From: Candidatus Minusculum obligatum
Lineage (GTDB): Bacteria; Patescibacteriota; Minisyncoccia; Phycocordibacterales; Phycocordibacteraceae
Direction of reading: 5' to 3'
Length of the DNA stretch: 64,000 bases
Assembly (NCBI GenBank): GCA_045401155.1
Contig: CP174360.1
Coordinates: 310,769-374,768 of the forward strand
Under the pieces are notes generated by a model that was given only the letters and a program-made list of their open reading frames with translations, was not told the origin of the DNA and made no database searches. This document shows positions 10,034 to 20,172 of the stretch, in pieces; position 1 is the stretch's first letter; each line of letters opens with the position of its first letter. A program made the translations under genes and the position numbers.

Positions 10034-11292
10034 AGTTCTTCGTACAGTAGGTCAATTAGATTTTCCTTTTTAGTTTCCACCTCTTCTCCTGTAGAAATGT
10101 TCTTTAGAGTAATAAGAGACCCCTCAGCCTCATCTTCTCCAAATACTACAAGATTTTGAATGCCTCGCTTCTCAGCATCTTTAATCTGCTTATCAAGCTT
10201 TCGATCAAGAATATTTACGATCACTGAGAGACCTTCATTTCGAAGTTCTTCTGCATACTTTTGTGCAGGTTCAATATTGCTCTCTTGTACCGTTGCGATA
10301 TACAGGTCAGGAGTGGTTAGTGTGTCAGGAAGTAGCTCGTGTGCCTCAAGGAAATCAATAAGACGCATATCACTTAGCGCAAATCCAATTGCAGGCATCT
10401 CATCATTTGAGAAAAGGTTTAGAAGGTTGTCATATCGTCCGCCACCAAGAAACGCTTTTTGGTTCTCGGGATCTGTATCAAAGAACTCAAACACAAAGCC
10501 AGTATAGTAATCAAAACCACGGATAAGTGTCGGGTCGTATACGGCATTTTCTACACCGCGTAACTTGAGATTTTTTATGAATTCTTGTGTTTTTTTAAAT
10601 TCTTTTTGAACCTCTTCATTCGTATTGTTTTCTAGATCTGCTAGGGGATCAGCCATGCCGTTAAAGATGTTTTCAAATTGAGCCTCATATTCACCCTTAT
10701 CCATCTTTGCCTTACGGTCTAGCAGGTGTAGATATGCTTTTTTATCATCATCTGACACTCCAGCAGCTTCACATGCTCGATCAAGTAATGCGCGATTGTT
10801 GATACGGATTGTGTACGCTTCATCTCCTACAGAGAAGGCGCGAAGGAGGTTTCGTGCCATGCTAATGATTTCAAGATCAGCTTCTCCTTCAGGAGCACCA
10901 AGAAGATCCACGTCTACTTGATAGAACTCTCGGCCGCGTCCTTTTTGTGGTCGTTCGTATCGAAAACGATTTCCAATTGAGTACCATCTAATTGGAAGAG
11001 GGAGTTCACGTCGTCGTCTTGCAACCATGCGTGCAAGAGTTGGTGTCATTTCAGGACGAAGAGTTACCTCACGATCTCCACGATCTGCAAATGTATATGT
11101 TTGTTCATTTACAATTTCTTCACTTGTTTTTGTTTTATAGAGCTCAGCGCGCTCAAGAGGAGAAGCGTCATATTCTTGGTATCCTGCACGTGAAAGTACA
11201 CCACGAATAGTGGCAAAGAGTGCTTGTTGGAGTGCCTTATCTTCAGGGTAGAAGTCTCGTACACCCTTATATGGGTCTGTATCTAATTTCAT
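10030..11292 (-). CDS. hisS: Histidyl-tRNA synthetase
   Basis: Class II motifs: RPEMT, RWYSIGNRFRYERPQKGRGREFYQVDVDL, C-terminal anticodon-binding domain. Confidence 0.9.
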   Translation of the reverse strand: MKLDTDPYKGVRDFYPEDKALQQALFATIRGVLSRAGYQEYDASPLERAELYKTKTSEEIVNEQTYTFADRGDREVTLRPEMTPTLARMVARRRRELPLPIRWYSIGNRFRYERPQKGRGREFYQVDVDLLGAPEGEADLEIISMARNLLRAFSVGDEAYTIRINNRALLDRACEAAGVSDDDKKAYLHLLDRKAKMDKGEYEAQFENIFNGMADPLADLENNTNEEVQKEFKKTQEFIKNLKLRGVENAVYDPTLIRGFDYYTGFVFEFFDTDPENQKAFLGGGRYDNLLNLFSNDEMPAIGFALSDMRLIDFLEAHELLPDTLTTPDLYIATVQESNIEPAQKYAEELRNEGLSVIVNILDRKLDKQIKDAEKRGIQNLVVFGEDEAEGSLITLKNISTGEEVETKKENLIDLLYEEL

Positions 11293-11310
11293 ATCTTTAT
11301 TCTACAAATC

Positions 11311-11850
11311 TTACACGCCATGTAAACTTCCTGGCTTTTCTTTTATTACATCCATAATTGCTCTTCGGATTGTTTGTGGGGATCCAACGGTCTGCATGAC
11401 TAGGTCGTGTTGGTGTCCGGCTGTTTCAATATGTACATCTCCAATACCAAAAAGGGTTGGAAAAAGACCATGTATATCTGTCTGTACATCTTGGATACGC
11501 TCAATACGAAAACTGTTTATTTGTCTTGAGAAAAACCCTCGCTGTAATATTCCGATAATTCTCTGGTCTGTAATAATCCAAGTGTCTAGGTAAAAATCAG
11601 TGAGCAGGTGTGTTGCGCCAAACCACAAGAAAAGTAGGAGTAGATTTGCACCTATAAGTACATACTCTTCTGGAAATGCGGGGAATGTAGCATACCCAAG
11701 TGGTGTCCAAATCTCTCCATTAATAAATGCACCTTGTAGTACAAGCGTTAGGTATGCTCCAAATACAAAAGGAAGCATTTGGAACACGAGTACCAAGGGG
11801 TGCCTTCGAATGGTTTTTATGTGCTTTTCTTGTGCGGAAAGTTTAAACAT
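11311..11850 (-). CDS. Membrane protein with bacterial PH-like (DUF304/YdbT-like) domain
   Basis: Two N-terminal TM helices followed by a roughly 100-aa soluble domain. Confidence 0.45.
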   Translation of the reverse strand: MFKLSAQEKHIKTIRRHPLVLVFQMLPFVFGAYLTLVLQGAFINGEIWTPLGYATFPAFPEEYVLIGANLLLLFLWFGATHLLTDFYLDTWIITDQRIIGILQRGFFSRQINSFRIERIQDVQTDIHGLFPTLFGIGDVHIETAGHQHDLVMQTVGSPQTIRRAIMDVIKEKPGSLHGV

Positions 11851-12067
11851 ATGAAAGGCTGCTTACGATTGATCCAATTAGAAATAGTGATACCCCGTAA
11901 TACAGTATAAGTACGATCACCATTCGGATAGGGTTTCGACTATACACTATCCAGTGATAGGTAATAGAGAAAGAGAAGATAATAAAGAAGATAAGCAGTA
12001 CTCCAGAGAGAATGGAAATAACCGGAAGTGTCTGTAGAAAGGTTATAAAAGATGGAAGATCACTCAT
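11843..12067 (-). CDS. Small membrane protein, hypothetical
   Basis: 74 aa, two TM helices, start overlaps the downstream gene. Confidence 0.35.
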   Translation of the reverse strand: MSDLPSFITFLQTLPVISILSGVLLIFFIIFSFSITYHWIVYSRNPIRMVIVLILYYGVSLFLIGSIVSSLSYV

Positions 12068-12792
12068 CCTTTATAGTGTGCCACGGTATAGCGTGATACA
12101 CCATACTGGTCTGTGCGATTCTCTGCGGAAAATGAGGCAGGGAAAAGTTCAAGGATTTCATCCTTTTGTTCTGTGTCGTGCTCTAGATAAAGTGCGCCTC
12201 CCACATGCAGATGCTCATGGAGCTCGTTGATAAGCGTTCGTATATATACGAGACCATCTTCTCCAGCAAAAAGTGCAATAAGTGGCTCAAAATTAATCAC
12301 ACCCTTAGGAAGATCTCGATCCTTTGGGATGTATGGCGGATTAGCAAGGATTACATCAAATGTTCCTTCTACGTTTTTAAAAATATCACTCTCAATAATT
12401 TCAACAGGATTTGAAATGTTGTTTGCTTCAATATTCTTTTTGATAGTTTCTAGGTGTTGCGGATCAAGCTCTGCAAATGTCACGTGATCTTGCGGACGTG
12501 CTTTTGCCCACGCAATACCGAGTGCGCCACTTCCAGCAAAAATATCTAAAACCTTTTTTGGAGACTCATCAGTTTCTTTAATTGCTTGTTCAAGCCAGTA
12601 CTCACTTTCTACACGGGGGATAAGTGGTTTTGAATCAAGGTAGATTGTTGTATTTAAAAACGGAGTATTTCCAATGACATATGCCAAAGGCTCACCATTG
12701 TCTAGGCGTTCTTTATCTTTTTCAAACTCGGCAGTTGGAGTTCCGTCGTACTTTTCTTGCAGCAATTGCTGCTCCTCTCTCGTATCTATCAT
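12064..12792 (-). CDS. prmC: Release-factor glutamine N5-methyltransferase PrmC/HemK
   Basis: SAM motif DIFAGSGALG and catalytic NPPY (ILANPPYIP). Confidence 0.85.
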   Translation of the reverse strand: MIDTREEQQLLQEKYDGTPTAEFEKDKERLDNGEPLAYVIGNTPFLNTTIYLDSKPLIPRVESEYWLEQAIKETDESPKKVLDIFAGSGALGIAWAKARPQDHVTFAELDPQHLETIKKNIEANNISNPVEIIESDIFKNVEGTFDVILANPPYIPKDRDLPKGVINFEPLIALFAGEDGLVYIRTLINELHEHLHVGGALYLEHDTEQKDEILELFPASFSAENRTDQYGVSRYTVAHYKG

Positions 12793-12902
12793 ATGAGTTG
12801 TCTCATCATATATATAAGAATTAGAAATGCAATCAAGAGGAGAAGGTAGGCTAAATGTTGGTAGGTCATGGACGCGCTATATATTGAGAGTATACTACCT
12901 GC

Positions 12903-13589
12903 ATGTTCGGGATACGAAAGAGATTCCTTGGTTTAGGAATCTTTCTCATTCTAATGCCAATTATTTGGTTTGTTTTAAAGGACGTCATTACACTTGAGAC
13001 GATCCACATGAAGCAGTCTCTGCTTAAGGCATATGTTGCAGAGCACCATATTCTTTCAGTTCTTATCTTTGGAGGTATTTATACGGTGTCTGCAGCACTT
13101 GCCTTTCCACTTGGGGGTATTTTTGTACTTTTAGCAGGATTCTTATTTGGTGCATTTATTGGGACAGTGGTTACCGTGCTTGCGGCAACATTGGGGGGAG
13201 TGATTATTTTCTTACTTACGCGGTATTTCTTTAAAGATTGGGTAGAGAAGCATTATGGAAAGTATCTAGCACCTATTGAAAAGGAGCTTGCAGAGCACCC
13301 AGCATCGTATCTCCTTTTCCTTCGGTTTATGCCAGTGGTTCCATACCTGGTTATTAATGTGGTGCCGGCTTTGGTAAATGTACGGTTCTCTACATTCTTG
13401 TGGACAAGTATTGTGGGGCTGCTTCCAGGAGCGTTTATCTTTGCCCTGGCAGGGAAGGAGCTCTCTCGTATTGCGAGTACGGGAGATGTTTTAACACCGT
13501 CTCTTATTATTTCTTTGTTGTTACTGGCGGGACTTTCGCTTGTTCCCCCAGTGTATAGAAAGTACGCGGCATATAAGAAAAAGCAATAA
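12903..13589 (+). CDS. DedA/TVP38 family membrane protein
   Basis: Typical DedA core: LAGFLFGAFIGTVV, FLRFMPVVPY. Confidence 0.75.
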   Translation: MFGIRKRFLGLGIFLILMPIIWFVLKDVITLETIHMKQSLLKAYVAEHHILSVLIFGGIYTVSAALAFPLGGIFVLLAGFLFGAFIGTVVTVLAATLGGVIIFLLTRYFFKDWVEKHYGKYLAPIEKELAEHPASYLLFLRFMPVVPYLVINVVPALVNVRFSTFLWTSIVGLLPGAFIFALAGKELSRIASTGDVLTPSLIISLLLLAGLSLVPPVYRKYAAYKKKQ

Positions 13590-13596
13590 ACGAAAA

Positions 13597-13621
13597 TCGC
13601 CCATCCCTAGTAGGGATGGGC
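13597..13621. terminator. GC-rich bidirectional terminator hairpin
   Basis: cgcccatccctagtagggatgggcg, at the edge of GC island 2. Confidence 0.7.
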
Positions 13622-13638
13622 GATGGTTTCCTTGGAGT

Positions 13639-13944
13639 TCAGTTGCCCCAGGTCATTTGGCCGAAAAGATTGCCGGTAGCCGTCATGCGACAGATGATGC
13701 CGCCCGCACGAGCACGATTTTCGGAGTCGTACGCAGTGAAGCCGCTAACGACTTCGGTCGTGATGCCATCGACGTGACACGCTTCGATGTCACCTTCGCG
13801 TGCTTCGTGAAGGCGCGTTTCCGCAGCATCGATGTAGTCGGCCGCAACAAGGTGATCTGCAAAGCTTTGCTGGGTGTTTTGTTGCTCTTGGCTGCCACAC
13901 CCACACAGGGTCGTGACCACGAGAATTGTAAGGATCATTTTCAT
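13639..13944 (-). CDS. Small secreted/lipoprotein-like hypothetical protein in GC-rich island 2
   Basis: RBS GGAG upstream of MKMILTILVVTTLCGCGSQ (signal peptide with Cys). About 58% GC against about 42% host. Start at 13944, not ORF-track 14106. Confidence 0.55.
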   Translation of the reverse strand: MKMILTILVVTTLCGCGSQEQQNTQQSFADHLVAADYIDAAETRLHEAREGDIEACHVDGITTEVVSGFTAYDSENRARAGGIICRMTATGNLFGQMTWGN

Positions 13945-14029
13945 CAGAACTTCTCCACTGGATTGATGACTTATGTTAATTATACTATAACATTGACATG
14001 TGTCAAGATATGGTGTATAGTGCGCATAT

Positions 14030-14296
14030 ATGAAAAGTAATCCAGCAGCAATTCGAGAGTGTCTGCAAGGGGATTGTAATGAAATCCTTAAGCAGAGTAT
14101 GCACATGATTGATGGAGATCGGGAGACCGCAACTCTAAATGTATGTGCGATTGATGTTGATGCGGTACTACAAGCTCCTCTAAAGAAAATTGATTATGGA
14201 CGTTTCGCTGAAGTGCCAAAAACAAATATGGTAATTCCACGAAGTCCAAAGGCAGTGAGCTCTCGAGGATTTGTGGCAACACTCTTCAACAAATAA
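14030..14296 (+). CDS. Hypothetical small protein
   Basis: 88-aa ORF in host-like composition, no clear RBS. Confidence 0.3.
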   Translation: MKSNPAAIRECLQGDCNEILKQSMHMIDGDRETATLNVCAIDVDAVLQAPLKKIDYGRFAEVPKTNMVIPRSPKAVSSRGFVATLFNK

Positions 14297-14338
14297 ACAT
14301 TTACACATAGCAAAGAATACGCATCACCTGATATACTT

Positions 14339-14803
14339 ATGGTGATGCGTATTCATTTTTGGCACACAGCATTTTCACTTCTATTTTTCGTACTTGCTAT
14401 TTTTGCAGTTGTTCATCTAGATAGAAGCGATCTTCTTCCAACATGGATTCCTGTATTTGATTTTATTTTGCTTGTGCTTGCTACATTCCGTCTTACACGA
14501 CTCTTTGTGTATGACAGTATTACAGCCTTTATTCGAGGGTGGTTTTATGGGCAGCCAAAAACATCATTTTTGGGGACCATGGGGACACTTATTAATTGTC
14601 CATGGTGCACAGGGCTTTGGTTTGCGCTCGTGCTTTCATACTTTTATTTCATCACACCGTACGCATGGTTCTTTATCCTATTCCTAGGTATTGCAGGTCT
14701 TGGAACACTAATGCAAATTCTTGTTAATTGGATTGGATGGAGTGCTGAAGGGGCAAAGAAATCTGTGCAGACAGGGGATGGTCCACATGTTTGCGGAGGA
14801 TAA
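14339..14803 (+). CDS. DUF1360-family membrane protein
   Basis: LTRLFVYDSITAFIR and CPWCTGLWFA motifs. Confidence 0.55.
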   Translation: MVMRIHFWHTAFSLLFFVLAIFAVVHLDRSDLLPTWIPVFDFILLVLATFRLTRLFVYDSITAFIRGWFYGQPKTSFLGTMGTLINCPWCTGLWFALVLSYFYFITPYAWFFILFLGIAGLGTLMQILVNWIGWSAEGAKKSVQTGDGPHVCGG

Positions 14804-14881
14804 ATAATATAAAAAACAGCCTCAAAGTGGGGTTGTTTTTGTATTAGCAGATATATCTACTTCCTGATATTCTATGTCTAT

Positions 14882-15538
14882 ATGAATCAGGGAATGTACG
14901 TAGCAGGAGCAATTATTGTTGGAGGGGGTCTTATTGCAGGATCTATTATTTACACAAACAATAATAATAATAATGGAGCTCCTCAGGAAGAGGAGGTGAG
15001 GGTTACGGAGGTGCGAGAGATTGGAGAAGGGGATCATACATATGGGAATCCTAATGCGCCGGTACAAATAATCGAATATTCAGATTTTGAATGTCCATTT
15101 TGTGCGCGATTCCACCCAACTCCAGAGCGTATCGTAGAGGAGTCAGATGGAGGCGTAGTTTGGGCGTACCGCCACTTCCCACTAAATATCCATAGAAATG
15201 CTCCATTTGCTGCAGAGGCATCAGAATGTGCTGCAAAGCTTGGAGGCAATAACGCATTTTGGTCATACTCAGAAGGTCTTTTTGAGAACCAAAATAGGCT
15301 AGGAGATGCCCTGTATCTTGAGCTTGCAGAAGTCGAAGGAATTGATGTAGAGGCATTTAACGCATGTCTTGCGAGCGATCGGCATATTGCAAAAGTAGAA
15401 GCTGAGTTTAATGAAGCTCTTGCGGCTGGTGCTCGGGGGACTCCGTACAATATAGTTATTGGTCCAGACGGGACACAGATCCCATTCTCTGGAGCGCTTC
15501 CATACGAGACTGTTCTGCAAATTATCGAGTCACTATAA
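14882..15538 (+). CDS. DsbA-like thiol:disulfide oxidoreductase
   Basis: TM anchor, Asn-rich linker, CPFC active site. Paralog of 7217..7906. Confidence 0.8.
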   Translation: MNQGMYVAGAIIVGGGLIAGSIIYTNNNNNNGAPQEEEVRVTEVREIGEGDHTYGNPNAPVQIIEYSDFECPFCARFHPTPERIVEESDGGVVWAYRHFPLNIHRNAPFAAEASECAAKLGGNNAFWSYSEGLFENQNRLGDALYLELAEVEGIDVEAFNACLASDRHIAKVEAEFNEALAAGARGTPYNIVIGPDGTQIPFSGALPYETVLQIIESL

Positions 15539-16302
15539 TGCTTGAGTTAGGGTTTATTTTCTCAGCATTTATTGCGGGGGTGCTTATGTTCTTGGCGCCT
15601 TGCACTTTGCCAATTATTCCTGCGTATCTTGGGTTTATTAGTGGCGTGTCACTAAAAGATTTTGAATCTCTTACAGGGGCGCAAAAAACTCGAGCGCGCA
15701 GAAAGATATTCTTTAACGGACTTGCGTTTGTGCTCGGGTTTACAATTGTATTTGTACTCTTTGGAGTTCTCGCAGGGCTGCTTGGAGAGTTCCTCGCGCC
15801 AGTGCGTATTTGGCTTTCTCGTATCGGGGGAGTAGCAATAATTTTCTTTGGGTTGTTTATGCTTGGCGTGTTCAATCTAAAGTTTTTAGATGCGCAGCGA
15901 AGATTTAAAACTCCGTCATTTTTAAAAGTGGGGAAGGAAAGTACGTCATTTTTTATTGGGGCACTTTTTGCCTTTGGGTGGACACCGTGTGTTGGGCCTA
16001 TTCTTGCAAGCATTTTGTTCCTTGCCTCAACTTCTGCTACAGCATTATATGGAGGATTTCTTTTGTTGGTGTTTTCTTTAGGACTTGCAATTCCATTTCT
16101 TCTCGTCGCGCTTGGTATTAGTTATGCAAGTAAGTTTATACAAAAGGAGAGTAAGTACTTAAAATTTGTTTCAGTTATTGCAGGAGTATTCTTGATTGGG
16201 ATAGGAATCTTGCTTGTGACAGACAATTTTGGACTTACGATTCAGTATGGATATAAGTTGTTTGAGTTTATACAGTACGAAAGGCTTCTAGATTACCTAT
16301 AG
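15538..16302 (+). CDS. ccdA: Cytochrome c biogenesis/thiol-disulfide transporter CcdA (DsbD TM domain)
   Basis: Two conserved Cys in TM segments (LAPCTLPIIP and WTPCVGPIL). Start overlaps the dsbA-like stop (ATAATG). Confidence 0.8.
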   Translation: MLELGFIFSAFIAGVLMFLAPCTLPIIPAYLGFISGVSLKDFESLTGAQKTRARRKIFFNGLAFVLGFTIVFVLFGVLAGLLGEFLAPVRIWLSRIGGVAIIFFGLFMLGVFNLKFLDAQRRFKTPSFLKVGKESTSFFIGALFAFGWTPCVGPILASILFLASTSATALYGGFLLLVFSLGLAIPFLLVALGISYASKFIQKESKYLKFVSVIAGVFLIGIGILLVTDNFGLTIQYGYKLFEFIQYERLLDYL

Positions 16303-16469
16303 ACAACACAAAAATAGGGAAGTCAAAGGCAGTTTCTTGTATATAAGTTGGCTCAACAGAGCCTTTTTATAAGTGCTTTAGTATGTAAAAAGTTTGACAG
16401 AAGTGTGGTATATGTATTATAATATGCTTGCATTAATCTAATACGGTACACTGTTACCTTAATAAATTT

Positions 16470-17030
16470 ATGATGCATATTGTTACTTCACTCGCTATTG
16501 CGAATTTTTTGTTTGGAGGAGCATTTGTTTCTCCAACCGCAGACGCGAACCTGAAATCAGCTGAGGAAGGATACTTCCTTGCGGCGCACATTCAAAAGGA
16601 ATATACCGTAAAGCTAACTGGCTACAACGCACTTGTTGCACAGACTGATGACGATCCATTCACTACTGCTAGTGGACTCTACTCTAATCCTGAGATTATT
16701 GTAGCGAAAAGTCGAGACCTCGACCTTCCATTTGGTACCGTGATTAAGATCGATGCATCAAATCGTGCTCTAAACGGAAGTTGTGGTGTCGAGGTAGTTT
16801 CTGATCTGATTGGGTATCGTGTTGTCGGAGATGTAACACATGCGCGTAAAACCTCTCAGATTGACGTACTCCTCGATCATACCAAGCCCGTTACCTTTAA
16901 CGGTAAGCAGATGAACCCAAGTATTATTCTTGGAATCTGTGACGGCGTAAAGATTACAGCAGTAGGACATATTGATCTTGCTGATGTGCCTGAAACGCAG
17001 GAAGAGCTCAAACAGATGATTGAAGGATAA
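16470..17030 (+). CDS. 3D-domain (MltA/YuiC-like) cell-wall-associated protein
   Basis: Signal/TM N-terminus; QTDDDPFTTASG, PFGTVIKID and DVLLDH motifs of the 3D double-psi barrel. Confidence 0.6.
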   Translation: MMHIVTSLAIANFLFGGAFVSPTADANLKSAEEGYFLAAHIQKEYTVKLTGYNALVAQTDDDPFTTASGLYSNPEIIVAKSRDLDLPFGTVIKIDASNRALNGSCGVEVVSDLIGYRVVGDVTHARKTSQIDVLLDHTKPVTFNGKQMNPSIILGICDGVKITAVGHIDLADVPETQEELKQMIEG

Positions 17031-17035
17031 AAACA

Positions 17036-17064
17036 AAAAGAGCACCGATACGGTGCTCTTTTTG
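17036..17064. terminator. Bidirectional terminator
   Basis: aaaaagagcaccg-atac-ggtgctcttttt between convergent genes. Confidence 0.8.
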
Positions 17065-17068
17065 TTAT

Positions 17069-17269
17069 TTATGCTCGGGATACATTCACGGCGTTTGGTC
17101 CCTTTGGTCCATCACCAATCTCAAATGTAACTTCCTCACCTTCCTTTAGGTCGTTGAATTCAACTCCGTTAAGCTCATTTGCGTGGAAGAAAAGATCCTT
17201 ATCTCCCTCATCTGGCTTAATGAATCCAAAGCCCTTGTCGGTAACACGAGCGATAGTTCCTTTATTCAT
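17069..17269 (-). CDS. cspA: Cold-shock protein
   Basis: GTIARVTDKGFGFIKPDEG: RNP1/RNP2 motifs. Confidence 0.9.
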   Translation of the reverse strand: MNKGTIARVTDKGFGFIKPDEGDKDLFFHANELNGVEFNDLKEGEEVTFEIGDGPKGPNAVNVSRA

Positions 17270-17369
17270 TTCTACTAGAGAAATTATCTACTAACTCAAA
17301 ACCTCGGTAGAAAAATTTCTCTCTCTCACCAGAATGCTTTGATGTGTGTACCATAGTACATTTGGTGGT

Positions 17370-18155
17370 TCACGTCAATCTAATTGGGATAAAGAAGGGG
17401 ATAGAAAGAATGGTTGTATATCTTCCAATTTTGTTTCGATGAATAGAGAGTGCGCATGCATTTGTGCCAAGGTGCCTTCCAATACGCTCTGCAAGAGACC
17501 GCATATATGCTCCTGATCCGCACGTCACTTTTATTGTAATAATTTGATAGTGCTGACGATTGTTCCAGAGTGTATTCATCCAAGTTTTTTTTATTTCTTC
17601 TTGCCGGAAATCTTTTCCAATAGTTTTTCGAGGGTCATCTGATATAGGAGCGTGTTTTAATAGGTGCTGTACTTTTTTATATAGTGTATTCGGGTCAATA
17701 AGTTTTGTTCTAAGCAGTTCAATACGATAAAAGGTTTCTTCGTGCGTTGGAATTTCTATATCTTTTAAGGTTCCTTCAAGTGCATGTAAAAATAAAGGCT
17801 TTCCATTAACTGGCTTTGAAGAGAAGTGTGGGTAAGGTAGCGTTTTTGTCCCAACTTCTTTTTTTAAGATGTCTTTTAAGATATTGTTGGATGCTCGCGT
17901 ATGTCTATTTGCATGTATTGGCATTCCTAATATATCTCCCGTATCAGTGCTGATATCTAAAAGCACTTCAACGACATACTCCTTATCAAGGTTTTGATAG
18001 TGTTCTTTTTTATATACATCTTTCCCTGAAAGAATTAAAAGCTCTCCCGTTGCCATTGGATCAAGGCGGCCTACATATGTTGCCTTATCTTTCGTTGTTC
18101 GTTGAAGTGCCTCAAGAGGTGTTTCTCCAAGTTTCTTATTAATTATTTTTTTCAT
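17370..18155 (-). CDS. truB: tRNA pseudouridine(55) synthase TruB
   Basis: GRLDPMATGELLIL catalytic motif. Start at MKKIINKK (18155). Confidence 0.8.
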   Translation of the reverse strand: MKKIINKKLGETPLEALQRTTKDKATYVGRLDPMATGELLILSGKDVYKKEHYQNLDKEYVVEVLLDISTDTGDILGMPIHANRHTRASNNILKDILKKEVGTKTLPYPHFSSKPVNGKPLFLHALEGTLKDIEIPTHEETFYRIELLRTKLIDPNTLYKKVQHLLKHAPISDDPRKTIGKDFRQEEIKKTWMNTLWNNRQHYQIITIKVTCGSGAYMRSLAERIGRHLGTNACALSIHRNKIGRYTTILSIPFFIPIRLT

Positions 18156-18673
18156 TAAAACTTTCTTGAATCGTATGCCCAGTGTAGGAGAGACTGTCGC
18201 TGCTTCTTCCTGCATGTTAGGTCTTTAGCTCTACAGTTTTGCATGACTTGAGAAGCATGTCTTCTGTAGGCAAACCATCGTTTAATTTGACGTTCATCAT
18301 CTTCATGTCTTCGCCCCATGTAATATCTGCAATACCACTGAAACCAGCCTCGAGGATCATCTTCATGCATCCATCCTTTTTCTCTCCAGACCTTTAAGGG
18401 TTGAGAAGCATTGATGCCAAAGAAGTTTAGATTCTTGTCTCGCTTTTTATTTATTGCAAGTTTTGCTTTTGTAAACCATTCTTTGGGAAACTCTTTTGCG
18501 CCGTCAGTCATGTATAGTCCTCCAAAGACACCAAGTTCAAGCATTTCTTTTGGTGTGAGTTGCGGTTTAAAGTCTTTGTGAAAATTTTTACCGACAGGCT
18601 CTGTTAGGTAGTACGTGTAATTTTGGAATACGTCTCGCACAACAACTTTTTTCTTCATACGTATAGTATACAA
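18155..18673 (-). CDS. Conserved hypothetical protein
   Basis: 172 aa, basic C-terminus, no recognised family. Confidence 0.45.
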   Translation of the reverse strand: MYTIRMKKKVVVRDVFQNYTYYLTEPVGKNFHKDFKPQLTPKEMLELGVFGGLYMTDGAKEFPKEWFTKAKLAINKKRDKNLNFFGINASQPLKVWREKGWMHEDDPRGWFQWYCRYYMGRRHEDDERQIKRWFAYRRHASQVMQNCRAKDLTCRKKQRQSLLHWAYDSRKF

Positions 18674-18698
18674 AAAAAGGCCTCACGGCCTATTTTTT

Positions 18699-18890
18699 TT
18701 ATTTACGCCCCATTTGCCAGCCGTTAAATGCCATAACGGCAGCAACAATTCCGATAACAAGACTTGCCCACAAAGGCACTTCAAAGTTTGAAATGGTCAA
18801 ATCCCATGATCGGAAGAATCGAATAAGGTGTAATACAGCTACGGCACTAAAGATGATCGATGCAATGTTAAAGAAATCTTTTCGCTTCAT
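18699..18890 (-). CDS. Small membrane protein
   Basis: 63 aa, two TM helices. Confidence 0.4.
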   Translation of the reverse strand: MKRKDFFNIASIIFSAVAVLHLIRFFRSWDLTISNFEVPLWASLVIGIVAAVMAFNGWQMGRK

Positions 18891-18970
18891 GTGTGTATTG
18901 TTACTTTTAAACGCTCTTATTATTTGAGTGTAGCAATAAAAAAGAGGGGGTTGCTCAAAACAAATCTTTT

Positions 18971-19399
18971 TTGTTGATATACTTTAAGCATATGACACTT
19001 ATTCAAATAGTATATCTATACCTTTTGACGGTCCCGGTCTTCTTTATTATAGACATGGTGTGGTTGGGACTTGTTGCAAAAAATTTCTATCAAAATCAAA
19101 TTGGATTTTTACTTGGTCCCGTTAACTGGACTGCTGCAATTGTTTTTTACCTCCTCTTTATAGTGGGGATTCTTGTGTTTGCAGTTCTTCCAGCTCTTGA
19201 TGGTGGAAATCTTATGAAGGCCGTATTGCTCGGCGCGTTCTTCGGCTTTGTTGCATATGCAACTTACGATCTTACAAATCTTGCAACAGTAAAAGACTGG
19301 CCATTTTTAATTGTGGTAGTGGACATGATTTGGGGTGCAGTACTTTCTAGCTCTGTTGCTGCTGTTAGTTATCTTATCGGCTCACGACTATTCCTATAA
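18971..19399 (+). CDS. Hypothetical membrane protein
   Basis: 142 aa, 4 TM helices, start-stop coupled with the next gene. Confidence 0.5.
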   Translation: MLIYFKHMTLIQIVYLYLLTVPVFFIIDMVWLGLVAKNFYQNQIGFLLGPVNWTAAIVFYLLFIVGILVFAVLPALDGGNLMKAVLLGAFFGFVAYATYDLTNLATVKDWPFLIVVVDMIWGAVLSSSVAAVSYLIGSRLFL

Positions 19400-20172
19400 T
19401 GGATATATATCAACTTCTTCTCATAACTGGTGGTGTCGTGTTTGTATACGTCACCATTTGGTTTATCGTTTCACTTTTATTAAAGCGTAATGACCTCGCG
19501 GACATTGCTTGGGGCCCAGGGATATTTCTTGTAGGTCTTGTTGGGTTCTTCTTTTCAGAAGGAGGATTATCTTTACTCGTGACGATACTTATGGGTATTT
19601 GGGCACTGCGCTTAGCTTCACGTATCGCAGCACGTAATTTAAAGAAAAAGGAAGATAAGAGATACATAGAATTAGCAAAGACGTGGGGGAGGTGGTTTTT
19701 GCTTCGGAGCTATCTTCAAGTGTTTCTGCTTCAAGGACTTCTGATGATCTTTGTTGGGTATCCGGCTCTTCATATTGCTGCATTTGGAAGTGAAATGTCA
19801 GTTTTGGTGTATGTAGGTCTGGGACTTTGGCTTGTCGGTTTCTTCTTCGAAGCAGTGGGAGACTATCAACTTGATCAATTCTTATCTAAAGAAGAAAATC
19901 GCGGCAAGATTATGCGTTATGGTCTTTGGAAATATACTCGCCACCCAAACTATTTTGGAGAAGTAACACAGTGGTGGGGGATATTTCTAATGGTGGTAAG
20001 TGCACCTTTTGGACTTGTGGCCTTTATAAGTCCTCTTATGATCACATATCTCATTCTTTTTGTTTCAGGGATTCCAATGCTTGAAAAGATGTTTGAAGGG
20101 AATCCTGAGTTTGAAGAATACAAAAAACGCACAAGTGCGTTTTTCCCATGGTTTAGAAAACCTGTCTCTTAG
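19399..20172 (+). CDS. DUF1295 / ICMT-like membrane methyltransferase-reductase family protein
   Basis: MRYGLWKYTRHPNYFGEVTQWWG motif. Confidence 0.6.
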   Translation: MDIYQLLLITGGVVFVYVTIWFIVSLLLKRNDLADIAWGPGIFLVGLVGFFFSEGGLSLLVTILMGIWALRLASRIAARNLKKKEDKRYIELAKTWGRWFLLRSYLQVFLLQGLLMIFVGYPALHIAAFGSEMSVLVYVGLGLWLVGFFFEAVGDYQLDQFLSKEENRGKIMRYGLWKYTRHPNYFGEVTQWWGIFLMVVSAPFGLVAFISPLMITYLILFVSGIPMLEKMFEGNPEFEEYKKRTSAFFPWFRKPVS

